Shown here: positions 38,604-47,900 of the stretch, piece after piece
Layout of the letters: every line of letters starts with the position of its first letter
How positions within the stretch are numbered: the first letter of the stretch is position 1
Assembly: GCA_035946175.1 (NCBI GenBank)
Contig: DASYZQ010000008.1
Span: forward strand, 1,177 to 65,176
Reading direction: 5' to 3'
DNA length: 64,000 nucleotides
From: Candidatus Saccharimonadales bacterium
GTDB taxonomy: Bacteria > Patescibacteriota > Saccharimonadia > Saccharimonadales > UBA4665
Notes under the pieces: generated by a model
What the model was told of the DNA's origin: nothing
Seen by the model: the letters and a program-made list of their open reading frames with translations, nothing else
Databases searched by the model: none
Program-made: the position numbers and the translations under genes

Positions 38604-40493
38604 ATGAAACGGATACTACTATTTGGATTACCACTTGCTTTGGCCGTACTGGTAGGGGCTGCTGCAGTATTTGCAAAAACGGTCAATGCTAGCTCACCAA
38701 CACCTCTAGGGGGCATGAATCTATCTGGTTATTGCACGAGCCAGTCACAAGGCAGTGCCACATTAAATGGTGCTGTTTGGGATTGCAGTAACAACAATCA
38801 GCCCATCGACATGAATGCAGCCTGTGTTTGGCAATATAACATTACTGGGGCGTATGCTTCCGAGACCAGACCAAATGATCCGTATTCGTATGAATGCTTT
38901 TCAAACACAACACCGCCAACCGATTTAGGAGGGATGAGCTTAGATCAGTACTGCAGCGCCATCAATGAAGGTCCCTATTCTTACTTAAACGGACAGGTAT
39001 GGAGTTGTACCGGAAATGGTCAGCCCATCGACATGAATGCAGCCTGTGTTTGGCAATATAACATTACTGGGGCGTATGCCGCTGAATCAGTGCCCGGTAA
39101 TGTATATACTTACAACTGTTATTCCCAAGGCACGACACCACCACCCAACGCAACCGATGACTGGCCAACATATAAGTATGGAGCAACTCGTAGCAGCTAC
39201 AACAACCAAGAGACAATCATCAATGCCAGCTCAGCAGCTAATCTCAAGCAAATTCTAGACATTGCTCCGGCAGCGCCAGGAGCCGTTATTTCAGATCAAC
39301 CTGCTGTTGTTAACAACGTCATGTACTATGGTGACTGGTCAGGCAATTTTTATGCAAAAAATATCAATGGTACTGTTCTGTGGAGTAAAAATTTAGGAGT
39401 TATGACACCCCCAGCAGCCAATAGCTGTAGTCCAAAAAGTCTCGGTGTTGTCAGTAGCCCAAGTGTCAGAACAATAAGTGTCAATGGTGTCGGAACCCCC
39501 ATCGTCTATATAACCGGTGCGGATGGATTTATGTATGCGCTTTACGCAAGCAACGGCAACGTCTTATGGAGGACTCAGTTGACTGATCCAACAACCGGAG
39601 GTCTGCTTTGGGACTCACCTGCCGAATACGACGGAAGTGTATTTGTCGGGCTAGCATCATATGGTGACTGCCCACTCGTGCAAGGCAAAGAATTTAAATT
39701 GAACTGGCGGACAGGGGCGATGCAGGCAGTAGCCAAACTCGTACCGGATGGTTGTGTTGGAGCAGGTGAATGGGCATCACCGACTATTGATCAAACCAAC
39801 AATAAGATCTATATCTCAACCGGCACCCAAGATAATTCATGCAAGGTAAACGGGCAACCCTACGTAGAACCAAACGCCCTGGCAATCGTAGAGCTTGATC
39901 TGAACCTTAATATACTAGGCTCATGGCGAATACCGTCATCAGAACAGGGTATCGATAGTGATTTCGGTGTTTCACCGGCACTCACAACTGCCACGATTAA
40001 CGGCGTATCGACACAATTAGTGTCAGGCGGCAATAAGAATGGACGTTATTACATATTTAAGCGTGATGCACTATCAGCAGGCCCAATAACAGATAAGGTC
40101 TTAGGCCAAGGTGGTACTTGCCCTGATTGTGGCAATGGGACTATTTCATCGTCCGCAACTGATGGCAAGGTACTATATCAGGGTACCGGCAGCACTACGG
40201 TTAATGGCGTAAGCTATAAATCAACGATCGTAGCCATGAATCCGGCCAATGGGGCAATCATATGGCAACATGGGTTTGCTCATGCGGTTGTTGCGACACC
40301 AACACTACTTCAGGGTGTACTCATAGTGCCAGAGGGCAATAATCTTGATCTTATCAATACCGCAAACGGCAATGAAATACGACAGGTTACTCCTCCAGGA
40401 GCAGGTTCAGTATTCGACGCACCGGCAGCCGTAGCCCGCGGCAGAATATTCTTAGGTGACCTGAATGGCAACTTCTACGAATTTGGCGTTTAA
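38604..40493 (+). CDS. secreted PQQ/BamB-like beta-propeller protein with two N-terminal 74-aa Cys-rich modules
   Basis: Signal peptide, duplicated QPIDMNAACVWQYNITGAYA modules, and repeated propeller blades (GNFYAKN..., GFMYALYASNGNVLW, GNFYEFGV). Confidence 0.75.
   Translation: MKRILLFGLPLALAVLVGAAAVFAKTVNASSPTPLGGMNLSGYCTSQSQGSATLNGAVWDCSNNNQPIDMNAACVWQYNITGAYASETRPNDPYSYECFSNTTPPTDLGGMSLDQYCSAINEGPYSYLNGQVWSCTGNGQPIDMNAACVWQYNITGAYAAESVPGNVYTYNCYSQGTTPPPNATDDWPTYKYGATRSSYNNQETIINASSAANLKQILDIAPAAPGAVISDQPAVVNNVMYYGDWSGNFYAKNINGTVLWSKNLGVMTPPAANSCSPKSLGVVSSPSVRTISVNGVGTPIVYITGADGFMYALYASNGNVLWRTQLTDPTTGGLLWDSPAEYDGSVFVGLASYGDCPLVQGKEFKLNWRTGAMQAVAKLVPDGCVGAGEWASPTIDQTNNKIYISTGTQDNSCKVNGQPYVEPNALAIVELDLNLNILGSWRIPSSEQGIDSDFGVSPALTTATINGVSTQLVSGGNKNGRYYIFKRDALSAGPITDKVLGQGGTCPDCGNGTISSSATDGKVLYQGTGSTTVNGVSYKSTIVAMNPANGAIIWQHGFAHAVVATPTLLQGVLIVPEGNNLDLINTANGNEIRQVTPPGAGSVFDAPAAVARGRIFLGDLNGNFYEFGV
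38798..38857. repeat. 60-nt exact repeat, copy A
   Basis: TCAGCCCATCGACATGAATGCAGCCTGTGTTTGGCAATATAACATTACTGGGGCGTATGC, identical to 39020..39079 (offset 222 nt). Confidence 0.95.
39020..39079. repeat. 60-nt exact repeat, copy B
   Basis: Identical to 38798..38857. Confidence 0.95.
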
Positions 40494-40527
40494 GTAAAAC
40501 TCAGCAGACGGTGATCATCCGATTTGT

Positions 40528-41109
40528 CTACCGGAAGTGTACGAGCATCATAAATGCCAGCACCATTCCTAATAGGAACCACCAAAACGTATCTGCTCCT
40601 GACTGTATGATCCGGTGTAATATGTGCTGACCAGTTTTACCAACTCGCAGATCAGCTTCATTAAGTCGCAGCAAACTCCAGTTGATCATAAGCAGCCCCG
40701 CGAAACAAAATAGACAAAGAATGCAGAGCGTATGAATGTGGTAGGTGCTTTGCCAGAGAAACCACGAGCCAAAACAAACGAAGAATAAGGCCAGCCCTTG
40801 CAGCGTCAGACGTAGCCGGCGTGCTATCGTGCTGCCGCTGACACCCGCTAAACCAGCACCCAGAAGCAGCGTGAAAAACGTTATACACATCAACGCATTC
40901 GGAAAGCCGAATATCGAACTCTGCCAGGCATTGAGAACATTAGAGCAGCTAAAAACACCGTTAATATTACAGGTAAGCACTGCGTGGGGATTTTTCAGCA
41001 GGATAACATATTCGACCATCTCCAGAAAAGAGGCGATAAGGCCAAGGGCAGCACCGGAAACCAAAATCGAATAGAGAAAGCGTTTGTTCATATGCAAAGA
41101 ATGTAGCAT
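40528..41109 (-). CDS. vitamin K epoxide reductase (VKOR) family protein
   Basis: Loop Cys pair (LTCNINGVFSCSNVL), the FGFPNA motif, and CILC in a TM helix. Confidence 0.75.
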   Translation of the reverse strand: MLHSLHMNKRFLYSILVSGAALGLIASFLEMVEYVILLKNPHAVLTCNINGVFSCSNVLNAWQSSIFGFPNALMCITFFTLLLGAGLAGVSGSTIARRLRLTLQGLALFFVCFGSWFLWQSTYHIHTLCILCLFCFAGLLMINWSLLRLNEADLRVGKTGQHILHRIIQSGADTFWWFLLGMVLAFMMLVHFR

Positions 41110-41211
41110 ATAACCCCTGCCACACTTGTGACCCAGATCAAAATCTTATGAATAGTACATTGACGGATATACTCCGAAAGCAGATGCTACTCACTCGGAG
41201 CCCGGGTTGTT

Positions 41212-42414
41212 TTATCTAAGTATTTGTTCAAATGTGTAATATGCTGGCTTCTTGCTTCCGTCACTTTGCAAAAGCCCGAAAAATTTCTCATTGGTAGAGG
41301 GATCTGCCCCACTGTCTTTGTAGGTATACCAGAACAATGGCCCTAACCAGGAAGATGACCGCACATAAGCAACCGCCTGCTGAGCCATAATAGCTTGGAG
41401 CGCCTCATCGACATGATCTGGAGAAGTATTGGTGTTGTATCCTTTCTGGGTTGCTTCTGCACCTGGACCGTTAGTAGGAGCACCGTATTCGGTGAGCCAG
41501 AGAAGTTTTTTACTATCACCGTTCGTGATCATAATATTCCGTAGACTATCTTGTGTATTGTCGATCATCGACCAACCGCTCCAGCCTGCTGTCTGGTCTG
41601 GCAGGGCAGGAAAGGAGTATGGATGATAGCCAACGGCATTAAAGTAGGGCCCGGCACCATACTTGTAGACATCGGCGAGAAAGGCTGGAGCGGCAATACT
41701 TTGCGAAAACTGATCCATTACTCCGAGGCCGCCGCTTATAACCGTCGCCTGGGGCTCTACCGACCTTATAGCCGGATAGACCGCCTTTAGAAGTGCCGCG
41801 TAAGCCCTTGGATCCGGCGCTGGCCGCCAAAACCCCATAAGGTTAGGTTCGTTCCATATCTCCCAGTCGTGCACTCCTTGAGGTTTGAAGTGAAGTACTG
41901 CTGCTTGTGCAAAAGAGGCAAACTGTGCCGGATCTGCAGGCGCGCACTTATCCGTGCTATCACAGTTCGCCAGCCTCGCCCACTGAGGAGCGTAGGCAAG
42001 CGTAGGAAGGACGTGAAGCTTGTATCGTGAGGCCGTATCGACGATACCATCATACGCTGACCAGTCATAACCGTTCGGACCGTCAGCCTGTACTGTCTCC
42101 CACTGTATGTCAAAACGAATCCAGGTAAAACCGAGGTGGGCTACATCGGCAAGTTCGGATGCCAACTCAGAGCTAGATAGATACTGGAGCGTGCCGCCGA
42201 ACGACATGCCAAATGCTGCCCGTCTTACCGGCGAAGCATGGGTGGTACTTGTTTTCTGGTTTGCCACAGAAGACCCACTGTTCACAACTATATTTGCCGC
42301 GGCTGCTACAGCAAGCAAAAAGGTAAGCGCCATGGCAAGAAGGCCTGGTGTAGGCCGGAACGGCCATAACCCGCTACGCCGCCCCAACGTCATGAGTCTT
42401 TGTTTGTACATCAT
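41212..42414 (-). CDS. clan GH-A (GH5-like) glycoside hydrolase with N-terminal TM anchor
   Basis: WEIWNEPN and LWLTEYG motifs. Start trimmed to ATG 42414 (MMYKQR), because ATG 42504 would leave only 16 nt to the divergent gene. Confidence 0.7.
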   Translation of the reverse strand: MMYKQRLMTLGRRSGLWPFRPTPGLLAMALTFLLAVAAAANIVVNSGSSVANQKTSTTHASPVRRAAFGMSFGGTLQYLSSSELASELADVAHLGFTWIRFDIQWETVQADGPNGYDWSAYDGIVDTASRYKLHVLPTLAYAPQWARLANCDSTDKCAPADPAQFASFAQAAVLHFKPQGVHDWEIWNEPNLMGFWRPAPDPRAYAALLKAVYPAIRSVEPQATVISGGLGVMDQFSQSIAAPAFLADVYKYGAGPYFNAVGYHPYSFPALPDQTAGWSGWSMIDNTQDSLRNIMITNGDSKKLLWLTEYGAPTNGPGAEATQKGYNTNTSPDHVDEALQAIMAQQAVAYVRSSSWLGPLFWYTYKDSGADPSTNEKFFGLLQSDGSKKPAYYTFEQILR

Positions 42415-42520
42415 TGCATTTGTGTTTCGTAAGGATATACTGCCATTATAAGAGGTAGCAAAACAAAAAGAAAGCTTATATAATAAAAATAAGCTAAATT
42501 TCATAAACCAGGGAGATTGT

Positions 42521-43786
42521 GTGAAGCAAAAGCTACTGGCCCTGCGTCAAGATACCTTGTTCAGAAATTCGATTTACTTAATGGTATCCACAGGCATTAT
42601 GGCACTATTGGGCTTCGTGTTTTGGCTGATCAACGCTCGGTTGTTTACGCCTTCCCAGATCGGGGTTGCCACAACATTGATCTCGGCAATGAATCTGATC
42701 TCCTATATCGCACTCTTGGGTTTTAACAGCACGTTCATTAGATTTCTACCAACCTCTAAAGACAGAAGCAATGAAATAAATACCGGCTTACTGCTGTCGA
42801 TTATTATGGCTGCGCTGGTCTCGACTGGCTATATTCTACTCATACCATACATCGCTCCGAAACTTGGCATTGTGCATCACAATCCGTGGTACGCAATCGG
42901 TTTCGTGATTATGGCCGCGTTAGCGGCCATAAATCTACTCACCGACAGCATTTTCATAGCCTACCGGGCGGCAAAATATAATCTGCTGATCGACGGTATT
43001 ATTATGAGTAGCATCAAGTTAGCGCTACCTTTCTTGTTGGTTGGGTTGGGCGCCTATGGGGTATTTGCCGCTTCCGGCTCGGCGGCATCAGTTGCTATGG
43101 CCCTAAGTATCCTCTTCTTGACGCTTAGGTTTAACTATAGACCGGAATTCAAAATACGGACCTCTACACTTAGAAAAGTACTCCATTATTCTTTTTCGAA
43201 TTACGTTGGCAATCTTCTTAACATTGCACCAACCCTGGTATTACCACTGGTCGTGATCAATCATTTGGGAGCAGCCGCGGCCGGCTACTATTATCTAGCG
43301 TTTATGGTCGCCAATCTACTCTATACAGTGGTATATGCCGTATCACAGTCACTTTTTGCTGAAGGCTCATATGCCAACCAAACACTACGGGAACTAGTAA
43401 AGCGCTCCAGCGCCGTAGTTGCGGGTATAATGGTGCCGGGGACAATCATACTATACTTCGGGGCTCACCTAATACTTGGCACCTACGGCAAGAATTATGG
43501 CAGCAAGGCTTCGAGCCTGCTAACCGTACTCGCTCTGGCTGCTCCGGCAGTGGCCATTTATACAATCGTGACAGTACTACTTCGCATCAACAAGCAGGTC
43601 TACTCCCTAATAGTTGTTAATATTATCTATCTCCTTACTATTTCCGGCTTTGCAACGCTGTGGGTAGACAGAGGTCTTAAGTGGATCGGTTATGCCTGGG
43701 CGATGGGGCAGATAACTGCCGGCTTGGCTGGTCTATTAGTGCTTCTGTTGGGGCATAAGTCCAAAGTTCAGGAGGCTATATTGTGA
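42521..43786 (+). CDS. polysaccharide flippase (MOP/Wzx-like)
   Basis: About 12 TM segments. GTG start with GGGAG upstream. Confidence 0.75.
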   Translation: MKQKLLALRQDTLFRNSIYLMVSTGIMALLGFVFWLINARLFTPSQIGVATTLISAMNLISYIALLGFNSTFIRFLPTSKDRSNEINTGLLLSIIMAALVSTGYILLIPYIAPKLGIVHHNPWYAIGFVIMAALAAINLLTDSIFIAYRAAKYNLLIDGIIMSSIKLALPFLLVGLGAYGVFAASGSAASVAMALSILFLTLRFNYRPEFKIRTSTLRKVLHYSFSNYVGNLLNIAPTLVLPLVVINHLGAAAAGYYYLAFMVANLLYTVVYAVSQSLFAEGSYANQTLRELVKRSSAVVAGIMVPGTIILYFGAHLILGTYGKNYGSKASSLLTVLALAAPAVAIYTIVTVLLRINKQVYSLIVVNIIYLLTISGFATLWVDRGLKWIGYAWAMGQITAGLAGLLVLLLGHKSKVQEAIL

Positions 43787-44904
43787 GGCATCTGGTACAA
43801 GTAGTCGCCCTATATAACCCCCCGCACGTAGGTGGCATGGAAATGCGCGCCAGGGATCGGGCAGAGCGACTCACTAAAAGGGATTGGACAGTAGAAACCC
43901 TAACCTCAAGTGAGAAAACCTACCCGCACGTTGTTGAAGACAACAACCTAACTGTGCGTTATCTCAAAAGCAAAGAAATCGCGCGCACGCCGATTATATT
44001 TTCCTTGCCATTTTCCCTTATGAAGATCCCCAAAGACAGTATCGTACAGGTTGAGACGGCCATAGCCTTCTGTCCAGAAATTACGGCATTTATCTGCAAA
44101 CTCAGGGGTATATCATACATTGCGAGGGTACCGCTCGATTCGACTGGCCACAGTAAGCTCAGAGATAAGTTGCTAAGTTACTACCAGAAGTCAGCGCTTA
44201 GGTGGGTATATAAGCATGCGGCGAGGATAATTGTGCTCACCGAGGACGATGTGGTCCACATTTCCGAGAAGTATCACGTTGATCCTAAAAAATTTCGTAT
44301 TATCCCCAATGCGACTGATTTTGTTCCAGTGAAAGCACCTCGGAAGGACTTCCATAAACCTTTCAGGCTATTGTTCGAGGGCAGGATTGCTGGGCAGAAA
44401 AACGTGCCGCTACTACTCGAGTCGCTACGCTACTTCCTTGATACATATGCACTGCCAGTCCATCTGAATATAGTCGGGGACGGCGAGGGAATGCCGACAG
44501 TCAGAGATAAGATAAAGGAGCTATCGCTTCAAAAATACGTCAGTCTGAATGGATTCGTAACCGGTAGAAAGGTCGAAGAATACTTTGAAGATGCCGATGC
44601 CTTCGTCATGAGCTCAACACATGAGTCCTTCCCTCAGACGCTGCTCGAGGCCATGGCTAAAGGCCTCCCCATGATAACAAGCAATATTTTAGGTGTGCGT
44701 ACGGTCGTGAAAGATGGCAAGAGCGGCATTCTGGTAGATCTGGCCAAGGAGAGCTTTGCAAACGCATTCCACCGACTCATAGTTGAAAAAAAGTTATATC
44801 AGAAGCTGGCCAACGGGTCTTTCGAAGAAGCCAAGAAATATAGCTGGGATGCAACTATAGACGCATATCTAGATCTATATACTGAGCTACAGCCCGTAAA
44901 ATAG
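43783..44904 (+). CDS. GT4 glycosyltransferase
   Basis: ESFPQTLLEAMAKGLPMI motif. GTGA overlap with the flippase gene. Confidence 0.85.
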   Translation: MRHLVQVVALYNPPHVGGMEMRARDRAERLTKRDWTVETLTSSEKTYPHVVEDNNLTVRYLKSKEIARTPIIFSLPFSLMKIPKDSIVQVETAIAFCPEITAFICKLRGISYIARVPLDSTGHSKLRDKLLSYYQKSALRWVYKHAARIIVLTEDDVVHISEKYHVDPKKFRIIPNATDFVPVKAPRKDFHKPFRLLFEGRIAGQKNVPLLLESLRYFLDTYALPVHLNIVGDGEGMPTVRDKIKELSLQKYVSLNGFVTGRKVEEYFEDADAFVMSSTHESFPQTLLEAMAKGLPMITSNILGVRTVVKDGKSGILVDLAKESFANAFHRLIVEKKLYQKLANGSFEEAKKYSWDATIDAYLDLYTELQPVK

Positions 44905-44970
44905 TATTTCCCGTTGATCGATTTGTGGCAGCTTGGTTCGAGTGCCGTCGCCTAAGCTAAGGCCAAATAC

Positions 44971-47900
44971 TTACTGATAAACCCGAGCTCCGCCGTTGTT
45001 ATAGATCAGGTTTTTATTGTTGTCGAGAAACTGAATAGGATACGTGTAGGTAACCAAGTCGCCGTTATATAAGAAGGTTGCCTGATGCTTGGTGCTGTCG
45101 GTGTAGCCCAGATAGACGTACGATTTCTGCCTTATAAGACCTGGGGTAATATCGTCCCTGGGTGACAGGTTCGTCAGTGATGTTACTTCTCGGAAAGCAT
45201 AGCGGTCAGTTTGGACTTCTGCCTGGACGCTAGAACCATTGCCGTGTACAAGTCCTGACAGCCAGTTTATGGCCGTAACCTCTGTTGTATGCATATAGTA
45301 CACATCATAATATTGACCACTATTGTTGAGTTGCAGTTCCGGCTGATAGCCCCCGAGCAGCTGGGAGATGGCGCTGGTGGAGGCTAGGAAAAATAAGAGA
45401 GCCAGTGCTGCCGGAGCCATATTTCTAAGTATGTGGGGTCTAAGCCAGGCACTTAAAGCGAAAGTACCAACCATTACGAATAACCCCAGGATCATCAGTG
45501 ATTGCTGGAAAGCTCTGAGCAGCCCATAGGCGATTGACAGATAGGGCAGAACGACTTGGGCAAACACGAATACCGCGCACCCAGCCGTCAGTAGGAAGAA
45601 TTCAGGTTCCAGAGATTTATTGAATTTCTTTTTAAATGCGGTGAATATAAGCCCCACTACCACGAAAACCTGTAGTAGCCTAGCCCAGGCTTGCTTGAGC
45701 ATGATATCAACTGTCTTGACATTGATACCGTATTTCTGGATATGTCGGCCGAGATCTGTAAGTGGCAATATAGTCTGAGGAGCTACCTGGACCGGATACT
45801 GATGAATGGTATTGTTCGAATAAAATACCCCCCCGGCAGCGCGAGAACGGGCCTTGTTGACCACTGATTGTTGATATTCCCGCAATTCTTTCTGTGGATT
45901 AATCGAACCGGAGTAAAAAATACTGTAGAGTACATCAGCAGAGCGGGCATCTTCTTTAAGCCCAGTAGTAAAACTACTTATTGTCTGCCCGATAAGCGAC
46001 GAGGCAGCATTAGACGTATTGGTGAGCACCGTATTCCATGTAAAGCATAGCAACGACACCAAGATGATCATTGGTATGGTTATGTTGGGCTTTGCGAGCT
46101 GGCTACTTTCTCCGAGACCCTCAATGCTGGATTGCCTGAGTCGCCGCCATTGCCTCAACTTTGGGACAATCGGGTACAGTATTAGACGAGCAAAGCCTAG
46201 AAACAGCAATATCGAGACAACCGAATACGTAGTTGAGTAATGTGACAGCACCATACCCAGTGCAAAGACAATAAACAACCACTGACGCTTTCTTATTGCA
46301 ATCCTGCCGTCGAACACGACCAACAACATCAAGATCAGGAACAAAAAGGCAATTTCCTGGCGATTCAGAAATGGCATGTCGGTGAAGAAGGTCGGGAAAG
46401 ATATGAAATAAATGGTAGCTATAAAGGCTTTGGCTTTAGACAAGTACCGACGCATAAAAAGATAGACCAAGACCGGCACTGTAGCAAATATCAGCTGAAA
46501 GAAAACCTTATAGACGTAGGGATCACGAACGTGCAGTAAGTTTGATAATATCGTTGGCAGTATGGTGATACTAAGACAGGCATTGTAGGGATCACGGAAC
46601 GCGCCGATGTTCCATATACCCTGAGCCTTGGCAATTTGGAATACCCGGTACTCACGCTGAATATCGTGGCCGGTGACATACCAGCCCCTCAACGAGGTCA
46701 TCAAAAGCAGCGCCAGACTCATCATAAAAATTGCCCAAGCGATGGTGTTATCCTGAAGGCGCTTGCGAAACAACAGCAGCGCCCCCATATATCCTGCCAT
46801 AAGCAGCAACATGGCAAGCGTAAAGCCATCGGTACCACCATTATTCAGACTGGTAGACCCTATGGCGCTCAAGACGATCAGACTGACTGGCACCAATAGT
46901 GCTGCAATGTCCAGTTTGCTAGGCACCAGATATCGCCAGTGCAGCTGTGGGTTGTAGATTCTAAGCCGGTACCAACTCCAAGAGGCTATAAGCCCATACA
47001 TGGCGCTCAACTCCCATAAGAGCGGTGTCCGAGCAAGCGGCCTGCCCACCCCTAAGTAGGGCAAGATTGCGTTGCAGGCAAGCGTCCAAACCATCAATTC
47101 CAGTACACTTAGGCCAACTATTTGCCCCAACCGATACCAAAACGGCAGCCGCCGACCGACATTCAGGCTTAGATGGGTTAAAAGCCCCGGTACTATAATC
47201 AGTGCCAAAAAACCGACTATATTCAGAAGCCCCAGCGTATTATCGTAGCGCGAGCCTAAGAGCAGGAAAGAGGTCCACACCAATGTCGTGGCAGCCAGTA
47301 GCCGTAGCCGCTGTGTAGTTACAATCTGGGCTTGCCGAACCTTCTTGTAGAGTGTACTAAAGCCGTCGGTCAGCTGCTGCCATGAATATTGCTTAGCCGT
47401 TTCGAAGCTGGCTACCGAAAGTCTATGTAACTTCTTAGAGTCCGGCAGCAGCGCATCCAGCTTGTCGGCAAAGGCCCGCCCACTGTCGCCGTGAACAAGT
47501 TCACCAACACCACGAATAAGTTCACGAATACCAATCACGTTAGCACCAACAATAGGTAGCCCGGCTGCCATAGCCTCTAGCAGAACCAGGGGCATGCCTT
47601 CGCGCTCCGAGGCCAACACAAATACGTCGGCCTGTTTGTAGTATTCCAGTAATTTGGCCGGCGTCTTAGCACCGACAAATCTGACGTTAGTAAGCCTTAA
47701 TTCTGCCGCCAACGCTTTCAGCTCTGCGCCGTCTTCACCATCGCCTACAATGGTCAGTTCGGCTTTAGTCCTGAGCAATGACATGGCTCGGATAAGTAGC
47801 TGTACGCGCTTCTGAGGAGACAGGCGTCCAACATATAGCAGCTTTCGTGGTCCTTTGACGTAACGTCTGGGGTGAAGAAAATACTCCTGGCCGACACCAT

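Noticed and set aside
24636-39079. Diversity-generating retroelement (TR/VR) explanation for the exact intragenic repeats
   Set aside because: There is no reverse transcriptase in the window. The repeats are short (41 and 60 nt) and perfect, without adenine-specific mismatches, and both copies are coding.
33738-40493. Lower GC of the synthase locus as evidence for horizontal transfer
   Set aside because: Hand counts of a few 60-nt lines gave 32-43% here versus 45-53% in the 20-24 kb locus. Counts inside single genes elsewhere also swing 42-60%, because TM-rich regions are AT-rich. A proper windowed GC/codon analysis is needed before any claim.
42415-42504. Long form of the GH gene starting at ATG 42504
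   Set aside because: It would leave only 16 nt to the divergent flippase start. The extra 30 aa are Phe/Leu-rich AT-driven sequence, and a TATAAT lies inside it.
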